DNA from: Candidatus Babeliales bacterium
GTDB taxonomy: Bacteria; Babelota; Babeliae; Babelales; JBFXEV01
DNA: 64,000 bases
NCBI GenBank assembly: GCA_050179755.1
Contig: JBFXEV010000001.1
Span: 105,994-169,993 of the forward strand
Reading direction: 5' to 3'
The position numbers were made by a program, and so were the translations under genes. A model generated the notes under the pieces. The model worked only from the letters and a program-made list of their open reading frames with translations, had not been told where the DNA came from and ran no database searches. Below are positions 31,945-41,539 of this stretch, piece after piece; the first letter of the stretch is position 1; the number at the start of each line of letters is the position of its first letter.

Positions 31945-33566
31945 ACGGGCAGCTTTCCTTGCGCACGTGATTTACCTAATATAACTCGTGCCGCTTCATA
32001 TTGTGCATCAATGTCATCTTCATAAGCAACAATAACAGTATCTATATCATCAAATAATGCTACGGCATACGGCGTACCAAAAATCGCTAGCACTACTTTT
32101 TTGCCTTGTTTTTGCAAACGTTTTATAAAGTCTTGATTTGCTGGTGAAATGCCAAATCTTTTATGCATATATTTATTCATACCAAATAAACACACCACCA
32201 CTGAATCAAATGCGGCAAGTTCATTTTCAATAGCAAAAATGTCTACGTTAGTTGCATCAGGCTTCAATGAAAAAGTAACCAACGAAGTATCATCGGCGTG
32301 TTTATGAATCGCTACTTTTTGTTGCTCGATAAATAATGCTGCAGTTTTTGGTGAGTGTTTGAGAGGCAATAGTCCTTCTCTATCACGAACAAGAGTTATT
32401 GCTTGGCTATAAAGTTGACCTTTTAAATAGTACGCTTCTTTGGTGTGAAATTGATCATGGCTTGGCACAGCCTGTTCCTGATATGCATCAAGACCCATTG
32501 ATTGCTTCATGCGCAATATTTTATAAACACTTTCATTAAGGCGTTCTTCACTAATTATGCCAACGCGCACTGCTTGTAAAACCGCGTCAATAGCCTCAAT
32601 TGGATCTTTACTATCGATGAGCAAATCATTACCTGCAAGAACTGCCATCACTGCAGCATCTCCCGAATTAAAATGATCGCTTACCCCTTGCATAGCAAGG
32701 CCATCAGTAACGATAACGCCTTGATACCCAAGTTCTTTTTTAAGCAAATCAGTAACAGCTGCTTTACTTAAACTTGCAGGCATATTTTGCATATCGTCTA
32801 GCACAGGAATATGTAAATGAGCTGTCATAATCATAGGAACGTTGTGTTCAATCATTTTTTGAAACGGATATAACTCACGCCCAATCAAAAGCTCCTTTGA
32901 ATGGCGTAATACGGGCAATGCGTAATGAGAATCTACATCCGTATCTCCGTGCCCTGGAAAATGTTTGGCGCAGCTTAGTATTCCTGCATCATGCATACCT
33001 TGCATATAAAGAAGCGCACGTTCGGTGACTTCCTCTATATTACTTCCAAAAGAACGATCATGTATTACGGGATTTTTTGGATTAGAATTAACATCTACCA
33101 CTGGCGCAAAATTAATATGCACACCCAATAACTTACATTGACGGCCAATTTCTTTGCCAAGTTCGTATATAAGCTGTTTATTTTCTAGGGCACCAAGGGT
33201 CATATTATGAGGAAATCGGATTACCTGTTTAAGGCACTGCGATAAACCCCATTCAAAATCTTGTGAAATGAGTAATGCCGTATCTGCATGCCTTTGCAGT
33301 TCATTGATAAGCATGGCTTCTTGAACGGGCGAATGGCGTTCATCCAATTGTAATGTGCCACGAAGCAACAAAATGCCTCCCACTTGATAGTCACTGATCA
33401 GTTTAATCATGAGCTCATAATCACCAACTTTGCCCACTCTAAAGCTTGGCATAAAAACTTGTCCTACTTTTTGTTCTAAGCTCATGTTTGCAAGTTGATC
33501 ATCTGCCCAGTCAGCACGCATACATGCTGTTACAAGCAACATGGTCATGAATATTATTTTCTGCAT
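31941..33566 (-). CDS. nagZ: GH3 beta-N-acetylhexosaminidase
   Basis: APVVDVN, DRSF, KHFPGHGDTDVDSH, MTAH, VTDGLAM; AGGAG SD before MQKIIF; signal peptide. Confidence 0.88.
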   Translation of the reverse strand: MQKIIFMTMLLVTACMRADWADDQLANMSLEQKVGQVFMPSFRVGKVGDYELMIKLISDYQVGGILLLRGTLQLDERHSPVQEAMLINELQRHADTALLISQDFEWGLSQCLKQVIRFPHNMTLGALENKQLIYELGKEIGRQCKLLGVHINFAPVVDVNSNPKNPVIHDRSFGSNIEEVTERALLYMQGMHDAGILSCAKHFPGHGDTDVDSHYALPVLRHSKELLIGRELYPFQKMIEHNVPMIMTAHLHIPVLDDMQNMPASLSKAAVTDLLKKELGYQGVIVTDGLAMQGVSDHFNSGDAAVMAVLAGNDLLIDSKDPIEAIDAVLQAVRVGIISEERLNESVYKILRMKQSMGLDAYQEQAVPSHDQFHTKEAYYLKGQLYSQAITLVRDREGLLPLKHSPKTAALFIEQQKVAIHKHADDTSLVTFSLKPDATNVDIFAIENELAAFDSVVVCLFGMNKYMHKRFGISPANQDFIKRLQKQGKKVVLAIFGTPYAVALFDDIDTVIVAYEDDIDAQYEAARVILGKSRAQGKLPV

Positions 33567-33680
33567 AAAAACTCCTTGTGTTATAGGTTGTTGCAAAAAG
33601 AGTAACACTCATTTTATCAAAAGACGAGTCTTCTTGCGTTGCACGTTAGTGTTTTGGTACGATGAAAATAAGGAGCTGCA

Positions 33681-34880
33681 ATGAAGAAAAAAGTATTATT
33701 CTTACTGTTATTTACAAGCACTCTAGTAATTTCTTGTTTGTTGCTCAAAACACCTTCCTCGGATCCTTATGCTTCTTTTAGAAAATACCCAGACATTGCT
33801 GAATTTTTAGCAAAATGTGAACAAACGCAAAGTCCAGTGACAAGAAATTGCTCACCAAAAGAAATAAAAAAATACTCAGATTTAGCAAAGGAACTTTTCA
33901 ATTTTCAAGGTATTATGAGTCAATCAGATGGTCATCTACAACAAAATGCCTGTGTTGCATGGGATAATATCATGACTATTGTAGGTAATCCTGCATACAA
34001 AAAGGTTTTTGATAGTGCACTTGCTCACGAACGATATGTTGCTAATGAAAGCGCAGTCTTTTACCATGCACAACAAAACATCTATTATTGGTTAGAACTA
34101 CTTTATACCAAGTTATGGGAACGCAAATATAATCAACCGCTCAGCAATTATTTGTTTTTACGTTTTCCCGATGAACAAAATCAAGATACTATTGTAAAAG
34201 AATTACAGAATGGAGAACAAACAAGAAAACGGTGGCTTGTACAGGGCCGCCAAAAAAATCATACTGCTGAGGATATAAGCCCTATAGTACTTGGTACTAA
34301 CTATGCTCTCTTTGCCAATTCAAAAAACCATTTATGTAGCACGGTTCAATATTTTGTGCATAAGTTTAATGATTTTGATCCAAAAATAACAACTTCTGAT
34401 ATTTTGGCAAAATTCAGCACTCAAGATTTATATCATAGGTATAAGCCATTACTTGATGATATTGAGCATGAATTTAAGAAAGTTGTCCCTCAGAGCGTAT
34501 TATTACAGATCATGATTCCATTTCACTTACTTAAAGAGCATGTCTATCTTTCTACGCAAGGCAGTTGGAAAACAAGTATCTATATACACGATAAGGTAAC
34601 AGATGATGTCTATACTATACTACATACCTTAAAAACTGCCCCTGCAGCATTTCCAGAATCTGATACTCCTGTATTTAGAATAATAGTCACACCAGATTCA
34701 CTTCATATATTGCGTATACAGGGAGCCCACATTCTTATTTATGGCGCTTTTGATAAAGAAAAACTGCAACAGATAATTACTAAACTTGAACAGCTTATTG
34801 AGCGCATAGCTCAAGAAAATCCAGAGCTATTTGAAAACAAAGTTGACCATAAAATTTCTCACTCTTTTTTAGGAGAGTAA
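33681..34880 (+). CDS. Exported or anchored hypothetical protein
   Basis: AAGGAG SD, N-terminal hydrophobic segment, 399-aa ORF. Confidence 0.75.
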   Translation: MKKKVLFLLLFTSTLVISCLLLKTPSSDPYASFRKYPDIAEFLAKCEQTQSPVTRNCSPKEIKKYSDLAKELFNFQGIMSQSDGHLQQNACVAWDNIMTIVGNPAYKKVFDSALAHERYVANESAVFYHAQQNIYYWLELLYTKLWERKYNQPLSNYLFLRFPDEQNQDTIVKELQNGEQTRKRWLVQGRQKNHTAEDISPIVLGTNYALFANSKNHLCSTVQYFVHKFNDFDPKITTSDILAKFSTQDLYHRYKPLLDDIEHEFKKVVPQSVLLQIMIPFHLLKEHVYLSTQGSWKTSIYIHDKVTDDVYTILHTLKTAPAAFPESDTPVFRIIVTPDSLHILRIQGAHILIYGAFDKEKLQQIITKLEQLIERIAQENPELFENKVDHKISHSFLGE

Positions 34881-35527
34881 GCATTAATATAACGCAGAAT
34901 AATAGTTTTTCCTAAAAGGCTTGTAATCAGTGCAGGATTAGCTTGAAAATACTTTTGCCATTCCAGAGAATCTTCTTTTACACAATCTAAAGGAATTTGG
35001 CCCTCATTATCTTGCATCAATAAAACGCGCACAAGGCCTGCTACATGCCATTTCATAAACAAGGAATACGTTTTACCTGGCAGAGAAATTTTACGCACTG
35101 TTTCAATCACCTGCCCGCGCGGCGTGCATAATAAAACAAATAAGGTACTTTTAGCTTGCGTGTCTGCTGCTGCAAGATGATGAAACACCGTTTTGCCACT
35201 TGCATCCCGTTCTTGCAGAGAAGCACCCCCTTGCAAACAATCTACTACACGTTTATCATTACCAGTTAAAACTGCTTGATAAAATGAAACTTCTTGCTCA
35301 TTTTCTGTTGGCCGCACTACAGAAATTGCCAAGCCTTGGGAAAGAGAATCGGCTACTTCACTAAGCTCTTCTACATCATCTTGCAGCAAAGCAGCAGCAC
35401 TTACCTGCTGTCCTGGTAATAAAGACGATTGCAAGCCAACTGAATCCATTGCATATACGTAACAGTTACCTAACCCCAAGAATATTAAAAAAAATACAGC
35501 ACATACAGCTACTCTTGAAAACTTCAT
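34859..35527 (-). CDS. Exported ankyrin-like protein
   Basis: Signal peptide VYA-MD; DASGKTVFHHLA; C-terminus resembles the upstream ankyrin gene. Confidence 0.7.
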   Translation of the reverse strand: MKFSRVAVCAVFFLIFLGLGNCYVYAMDSVGLQSSLLPGQQVSAAALLQDDVEELSEVADSLSQGLAISVVRPTENEQEVSFYQAVLTGNDKRVVDCLQGGASLQERDASGKTVFHHLAAADTQAKSTLFVLLCTPRGQVIETVRKISLPGKTYSLFMKWHVAGLVRVLLMQDNEGQIPLDCVKEDSLEWQKYFQANPALITSLLGKTIILRYINAYSPKKE

Positions 35528-35552
35528 AATAACGCTCCATTTTTACTATTTA

Positions 35553-36995
35553 TTACTGCTCCTTTACACACTCCAATAATTTTAAATACTTGGCATCTCT
35601 TAGTCGCTGATATGCATCACAAGATAAAGCACGATCTAACTTCATCCCAAAAATAGTATTGCCTTCATTTGTCTCAAGCGCACAGACTTCCCTTAACATT
35701 TTTGTATGGCGACCTATCAACGCTTCCACTATCTTCTGCTGCAAAATTTCTCCCTCATATTGCAATAGCTGTGCAAGTTGTTTAAAACTCAATTGAGTAA
35801 TCATTTCAGCAGTGCTTCGTGTCTTTTGATAGGTACCAAGCGGTAGAGCGCTCATATCGTGTGCAATATACTTTGCTAATAGGGCATGAACCACATTATG
35901 AGGTATTGCTATGTTATGATCTTTACGTAGCTGATACAACCCACAAAGAAACGCAAAGACTCTGCAAGAAACGTCCTTACATGTGATTCCGCCACATTCT
36001 TTTATAGTGCCCATTGGGCATGCAAGAAATTCAAAGAATTTCTCACGCAATATCTCATTTACTTCCCAATTGCGCAATGCAGTATTAAGTATAGAAAGTG
36101 GCGTTGCGTCTTGATCATCCAATATGGTAAGCTTTGCGCCATACAACATTAATTGTTGCCACCTTGCAAAACAGGGAATTTGCCCAACCCAATGCAATGG
36201 TGTAGTGTTTGCAAGATCCTGTACATTCAAACATTCAGTAAGCGTTTTTTCAGCTAATGATCGCTCACTGCGCCATGCCACATGTTTAAGTAATTGGGGC
36301 ATTACAACCTCAAATTTTTCCGAAATAATTGCCCAATGCATAGGAGTACCACCTTGAGTTTTAAAAAACAAATTTACGCCTTGTTTTAAAAATCTTTCTA
36401 TTTCTTGAACTTCTCCTGAACATAAAGCCGATGCAAATGGCGCATAGCAAATATCAAACATGCATGAAGCATTAATATGCTCAGGAAGCTGACCTCTTTG
36501 ATTTTGAATACCAACATTACTGCCACGATCAATAAGCAATCTTGCAACAGGTTTATGATGAAATGCTAGTGCTCGATGCAACGCAGTGCACCCTTCGTCA
36601 TCAAGCGCATCAATAAAGGCACCATGATCAAGAAGAAATGTGGCCACGCTAGATGTATTGTGCAATAGCGCGGTAATATGCAAAGCAGTAAGATCGTTAG
36701 CTGTCGCCGCATCCACTTGAGCTCCATAGTGCAATAAATGCGTAAGCAAATCAAAATTTTGCCTGCCTGTAGCATAATGAAAAGCTGTAGCCTTAAACTC
36801 ATCACGCGCATCAGGGTTTGCCTTTAGCAGAAGGCAAACTTTTGCACGCAATGTATTGCCTTCTTTTGCAGCCTCAATAAGGCCCCGCTCCAAAAATGTT
36901 AATGGCTTAGACGCTACACGATCTGATGATGAATCCATAGGAAGCATCGAACATGCTTTACATAAAGTTACCCATAGCAGTACTTTAAGCTTCAT
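35553..36995 (-). CDS. Exported ankyrin-repeat protein
   Basis: At least 6 ankyrin repeats (TAFHYA, TALHITA, TALHRA, TPMHWA, TPLHWV); signal peptide. Confidence 0.9.
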   Translation of the reverse strand: MKLKVLLWVTLCKACSMLPMDSSSDRVASKPLTFLERGLIEAAKEGNTLRAKVCLLLKANPDARDEFKATAFHYATGRQNFDLLTHLLHYGAQVDAATANDLTALHITALLHNTSSVATFLLDHGAFIDALDDEGCTALHRALAFHHKPVARLLIDRGSNVGIQNQRGQLPEHINASCMFDICYAPFASALCSGEVQEIERFLKQGVNLFFKTQGGTPMHWAIISEKFEVVMPQLLKHVAWRSERSLAEKTLTECLNVQDLANTTPLHWVGQIPCFARWQQLMLYGAKLTILDDQDATPLSILNTALRNWEVNEILREKFFEFLACPMGTIKECGGITCKDVSCRVFAFLCGLYQLRKDHNIAIPHNVVHALLAKYIAHDMSALPLGTYQKTRSTAEMITQLSFKQLAQLLQYEGEILQQKIVEALIGRHTKMLREVCALETNEGNTIFGMKLDRALSCDAYQRLRDAKYLKLLECVKEQ

Positions 36996-37127
36996 GCTGA
37001 TTCCTTTTTAATCTCGGCTCTTTTCTATTACCAGATTACAAGAATTCACATAGAAATTGCAATGATGCAAGATCATATGCGCAAATAAAAGCTTTATAGA
37101 ATGTTTTTTGCTATTTGTTATGAAAAA

Positions 37128-38987
37128 TCAAAAGAGTTCTTTCACTGCTCTAACTATTGCTGCAGCATCAAGCTCTTCATAAGCAAAAAGCTCTTCCGGC
37201 GTTCCAGAGCGCGGCATATGATCGACTGCAAGGCTCTTTACCTGCACATTCTCATTAATTAATGCACTGGCAACAGCTTCACCCAGTCCGCCTGCTCTAT
37301 AATGATCTTCCACAGTCACCACACGTTTGCACGATTTTTTTACTACTCGCTCTATAACATCCTGCGCTAGTGGCTTAATAGAATAAGCATCAATAACTGC
37401 TACATGAATCTTTTGTGCATGCAAGATATCATAGGCTTTGAGCGCTTCAAAGAGCGTAATCCCTGCTGCTATGATACAAGCTTTATCACTACCTGATTGA
37501 CGTACTATATGACAACCACCCACACTAAATTGTTGATCATTATCATACATAACGGGTGTTGCAGCGCGCGTAGTACGCATATAACTAATGCCTGCAGTAT
37601 AATTTGCCATTAGTCCTAACATTTTATACGTACCCACAGCATCGGCCGGATATAAAATAATTGAATTAGGAATCGCACGCATCATTGCAATATCTTCCAG
37701 CCCCATTTGAGACGGGCCGTCTTCACCAATAGAAACTCCTGCATGAGAACCAACAATGCGTAATGGTGCCTGACCAATAGCAGCCATGCGAATTTGATCA
37801 TACGCTCTTGTTAAAAAGCAAGCAAACGTAGATATAAACGGAATTTTCCCACGAGATGCAAAACCAACACCCATAGAAACCATATTTTGTTCCGCAATAA
37901 AGCATTGTACAAATCGATCCGGAAACTGTTTTTCAAAAAGCTCTGCAAAGGTTGAATTTTTCACCTCAGCATCTAAGCTTATTACCATTTCAATCATTTT
38001 GCCAAGCTCAACAAGCCCTAAACCATACGCTTTACGCGTGGCAATGAGTTCCCCCTTTTTAAAATGAGGAATGAGCACCATAGGTTTATGTTGCTTGACC
38101 GGTTGTTCATCTTTTGGATATTGAGCCTTCCACGTATACGCAATCTGAGCATCTGCAATCTTGCCAAATCGATCATGTAGCTCTTGAAGCACACCAGGTA
38201 ATTCTTCTTTTGAAAAAGCTTTGCCATGATAGCCTTGCTTACCCTCAATAGACTTTATGCCATATCCTTTGATCGTTTTTGCAATAATAATGATAGGCTT
38301 TCCCGTAAGTTTTTTTGCTTGATCAAATGCTTTTGCAATATCAACAATATTATGACCATCAACCACTAAAGCATGCCACCCGAACGAGGCAAACATTGCT
38401 TGATAATGCTCAAGATGATAGCCTTCCATAGTTTCAGTGCTTTGCCCCAATTTATTAACATCCAAAATTGCAATAAGATTATCCAACTTATAATGAGCCG
38501 CAATCATTGCAGCCTCCCATACTGAACCTTCTGCAACTTCACTATCACCCATAAGCACGTAGGTTCTAAAACTACGCTTATCCATTTTGGCGCTTAAAGC
38601 AATGCCAGCCCCAATAGAAAGGCCCTGACCAAGAGATCCGGTTGCAGCCTCTGAATAACTAAACCGCGCTGTGGGATGCCCCTCAAGAACAGAATTAAAC
38701 TTACGCAAGCTCAGCAACTCTTTCTCGCTTAGAAGCCCTAATTCTTTATATATTGCATACAATAATGGAGCTGCATGACCTTTTGATAAAATAAAACGAT
38801 CGTTATTCGGATTTGCATGCGCTTCCGGATCAAATTGCATGGTATAAAAAAAGAGAACAGCTACCAAGTCAGCCGCTGAAAGACAAGTAGTAGGGTGACC
38901 AGAGCCAGCTTGCGTAGTAGAAAGAATAGACGAAACACGAGTATTATAAGCTGTACGTTCCAAAAAATCTTTTTGTGCAAAGTCCAT
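37128..38987 (-). CDS. tkt: Transketolase
   Basis: GSGHPT, DRFILSKGHA, ATGSLGQG, TPP motif GDSE..N, IAEQNM, GEDGPSQM. Confidence 0.95.
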   Translation of the reverse strand: MDFAQKDFLERTAYNTRVSSILSTTQAGSGHPTTCLSAADLVAVLFFYTMQFDPEAHANPNNDRFILSKGHAAPLLYAIYKELGLLSEKELLSLRKFNSVLEGHPTARFSYSEAATGSLGQGLSIGAGIALSAKMDKRSFRTYVLMGDSEVAEGSVWEAAMIAAHYKLDNLIAILDVNKLGQSTETMEGYHLEHYQAMFASFGWHALVVDGHNIVDIAKAFDQAKKLTGKPIIIIAKTIKGYGIKSIEGKQGYHGKAFSKEELPGVLQELHDRFGKIADAQIAYTWKAQYPKDEQPVKQHKPMVLIPHFKKGELIATRKAYGLGLVELGKMIEMVISLDAEVKNSTFAELFEKQFPDRFVQCFIAEQNMVSMGVGFASRGKIPFISTFACFLTRAYDQIRMAAIGQAPLRIVGSHAGVSIGEDGPSQMGLEDIAMMRAIPNSIILYPADAVGTYKMLGLMANYTAGISYMRTTRAATPVMYDNDQQFSVGGCHIVRQSGSDKACIIAAGITLFEALKAYDILHAQKIHVAVIDAYSIKPLAQDVIERVVKKSCKRVVTVEDHYRAGGLGEAVASALINENVQVKSLAVDHMPRSGTPEELFAYEELDAAAIVRAVKELF

Positions 38988-39063
38988 TGAGTACTCTCCT
39001 TAGATATAATAATTATTCTAGATGTAGTCTACTAAGAATTTAAAAGGAGAGCGAGAGTTCAAC

Positions 39064-39094
39064 AAAAAAGGGTTACCTTTCAGTAACCCTTTTT
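39064..39094. terminator. Bidirectional Rho-independent terminator
   Basis: AAAAAAGGGTTAC-CTTTCA-GTAACCCTTTTT. Confidence 0.85.
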
Positions 39095-39125
39095 ATCTTT
39101 ACGTTTAATTACTTAAACGAACTAT

Positions 39126-39356
39126 TTAAAAGAATGAAGCTCGTGAACGATTAGTTTGAGTTCTTCTTTGTGTTGCAGTTTGCTGTGTTGTAGTTCCTTT
39201 ACGCGGTTCAACTTGAGCCTGTCTTGCAGGAGTTGTTCGCTGTGCTGACCGAGTTGTTGTTGTTCGCGCAGTTGTGCTGCTTGTACGATCCATAGCTTGG
39301 AGGCCAAATGCAACCAATGCTACAAACACTGAAGTTAAGATTAATTTGATATTCAT
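39126..39356 (-). CDS. Small exported Thr/Arg-rich disordered protein
   Basis: AAAGGAGAT SD, signal peptide LQA-MD, ends RSRASFF. Confidence 0.8.
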   Translation of the reverse strand: MNIKLILTSVFVALVAFGLQAMDRTSSTTARTTTTRSAQRTTPARQAQVEPRKGTTTQQTATQRRTQTNRSRASFF

Positions 39357-39488
39357 GATATCTCCTTTTGTTTATTGTACAATAACATTTTTATTCAATT
39401 TCCAATTTTATATCCCTTAAAAAATGCTCTTCCGGAACGTTGCGTTGCAGCAGGCTTGTTGCACGGCTGTTGTCTTGCTGACGCGGAT

Positions 39489-40208
39489 CTAAAATCTAAA
39501 TACAGCAGTTTTTTCAGGCGTTTGCGTTCTTGTTACTTCAGGCTGTGCAGTTTTTGCAGGCTGTGGCGCTGCTGTTGCTCGTGCTGGTGCAGATCTAAAC
39601 GCAGCAGCTTTTGCAGGCGTTTGCCTTGCTATTACACGCGGTGCAGCAGTAGCTGGTCTTGTTGCTGGTTGCGCAGGACGTTTAAAAGCAGCAGCTCGTG
39701 TAGTTGCAGGCTGTACTGTTGTAGGTCTTACGGTACTTGTAGTATGTGACCTTGCAATAGCTCTTTGCGCTGCAGACGAAGAAGCTGCAGAACGTTGAGC
39801 AGATGTTTGCGCTGTCATGGGTTGTACAATCGATGCAGTTGTAGCTGTTGAAAGCGGTCTAGCACCAACCATTGTAGGGCGCGATACTGCCGGTCGTGTT
39901 ATTGGTTGCGCAACGGGTCTTGCTGCCACAGTTGAAACTGGCGCTTGAGCTACCGGTCTTACAAACGTTGAAGTTGGAGCCTGTGTTACCATTGGCTGTG
40001 CAAACGTTGGTGCTGGAGCTGTAGTCATTGTTGGTTGTGTAATCGTTGATGAGGAAGTTTGTGTAATAATGGGCTGAGCTACCGTTGATGATGGCGCAGC
40101 ACCAATTGGCGCTTGTGGCGCGCTAAGTGCAGATGTCTGTGCTTGTAATTTTAATGACCCACAAAGTATACTAACCATCACTAAGTTCATTATTATTTGT
40201 TTTTTCAT
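39489..40208 (-). CDS. Exported Ala/Thr/Pro/Arg-rich low-complexity protein (C-terminus truncated by a 7-bp duplication)
   Basis: AAAAGGAGAT SD, signal peptide, internal repeats (AQP, ARP, AAFRSA). Confidence 0.8.
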   Translation of the reverse strand: MKKQIIMNLVMVSILCGSLKLQAQTSALSAPQAPIGAAPSSTVAQPIITQTSSSTITQPTMTTAPAPTFAQPMVTQAPTSTFVRPVAQAPVSTVAARPVAQPITRPAVSRPTMVGARPLSTATTASIVQPMTAQTSAQRSAASSSAAQRAIARSHTTSTVRPTTVQPATTRAAAFKRPAQPATRPATAAPRVIARQTPAKAAAFRSAPARATAAPQPAKTAQPEVTRTQTPEKTAVFRF

Positions 40209-40228
40209 ATTATCTCCTTTTTAATTTT

Positions 40229-40765
40229 TTATTTATTGAAAAAACCTCTTGCGCGCTGTGCTGGTGCACTTTGCATTACATTTTGAGCTGCAGCTGGCGC
40301 AGTTGAGCCAGTTGTTTGCCCTAAACCTCTAAACGTATCTGCTGATGACATACCTTCAGATACTGTTGAAACACCCTGCTCGGGCAATGCCGCAGAAGCA
40401 CCCGGCGCTGTACTTATTGATGAAAACGCTTCTTGTGATTGTGCAAATGAGAATCTACTTTGCCTTGGTGTTGCTATAGTAGTTGTAGCTGGTGTTGCAG
40501 TGACCACACTTCTTGCACCTGACGGTTGTACTGGTAATCGCTCTGGTGCTCCTTGCACACGCCCCGCAGGCAATCTACCTGTTGGCAATGTGGCAGCAGT
40601 AGCTGCTGGACTTACAGTAGGTCGAGGAGCAGAAGTAAATTTGCTTACACTTGCAGGCCTAATTCCTTGAGTGCCACGTACCGCATCAAATTTTTGAAAC
40701 ATACCATACGCGCCCGTGGTATAACCACTTACACATGCAAGCATTATAAGTAATTGCTTTTTCAT
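40229..40765 (-). CDS. Exported Ala/Thr/Ser/Pro-rich low-complexity protein
   Basis: GGAGA SD before MKKQLL; AYG-M; ends QRARGFFNK. Confidence 0.8.
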   Translation of the reverse strand: MKKQLLIMLACVSGYTTGAYGMFQKFDAVRGTQGIRPASVSKFTSAPRPTVSPAATAATLPTGRLPAGRVQGAPERLPVQPSGARSVVTATPATTTIATPRQSRFSFAQSQEAFSSISTAPGASAALPEQGVSTVSEGMSSADTFRGLGQTTGSTAPAAAQNVMQSAPAQRARGFFNK

Positions 40766-40789
40766 ACTATTCTCCATTTTTCTAGTATC

Positions 40790-41290
40790 TTAAAAAAATT
40801 TACCGCCACCAAAACGACCTGTTACTGCTCGTGGTTCTGCTGATACAACTGCAGGAGCAGTTTGTACAGCAGGCAGTGGTGTAGCTTCAACTGATTGCGT
40901 AAGTTCAGGCGTTTCTGTAATAATTGGCGACACTTTCTCAAGTTCCATTATTTTTTCTTCTTCAAGTTTAAACAATGGTGTCTGCTCAGTTATTTTAGCT
41001 TCGATTTCTTCTTTCACTAATAAATCATCATCTAGCGGCATTTGATCCACTGGAATTACACATGCTTCAGGAAGGATTGTTTCTTCTGCAAGATCTGCCT
41101 CTCTCTCAATTTTTACTTCGCCTTCTTGCATTAATTGTCTAAGAGGACTCTCTGTTTGCACAAATTCAACTGCATCTATTGTTATTTCTCGTGGATCTTG
41201 TACTTGCTCGGGCTTAACTTTATGCACTACAATAGCGCCAATTAAACCTGCAAGGGCAATAGCCATTACTATTCTTCTTTTCATTTCCAT
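40790..41290 (-). CDS. Anchored or exported Glu-rich protein
   Basis: AAAGGAGAT SD (start 41290 or 41284), hydrophobic N-terminus, ends RFGGGKFF. Confidence 0.78.
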   Translation of the reverse strand: MEMKRRIVMAIALAGLIGAIVVHKVKPEQVQDPREITIDAVEFVQTESPLRQLMQEGEVKIEREADLAEETILPEACVIPVDQMPLDDDLLVKEEIEAKITEQTPLFKLEEEKIMELEKVSPIITETPELTQSVEATPLPAVQTAPAVVSAEPRAVTGRFGGGKFF

Positions 41291-41331
41291 CTCCTTTGGT
41301 TTGGGGTTTTCTCTGTTACAAGAATTTTCAT
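41281..41331 (-). CDS. Possible 16-aa leader peptide MKILVTEKTPNQRRWK
   Basis: GGGGAGGGGGGAG SD-like run; TGA overlaps the downstream ATG. Confidence 0.3.
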   Translation of the reverse strand: MKILVTEKTPNQRRWK

Positions 41332-41539
41332 AGCTCCCCCCTCCCCTACTAGACTAAGACAGAGTAACTTAACCAGGTATAACCCTTTAGTTTAGGCCCT
41401 TCTATCATCTTTAGCATACAAAAAAACGGACCAAAAAAGCAATAGTTTTAAGAACAATTTTGAAGCTGGAATCATGATCTAGTCTTGCTTTAGAAAAGAA
41501 ACATATCGCCAAAAAATCGCAAACGTCTATACTAGAGGG

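Noticed and set aside
39375..39749. Cys/Arg-rich 124-aa ORF on the + strand
   Set aside because: Antisense shadow of GCA/ACA-rich codons in the minus-strand low-complexity gene
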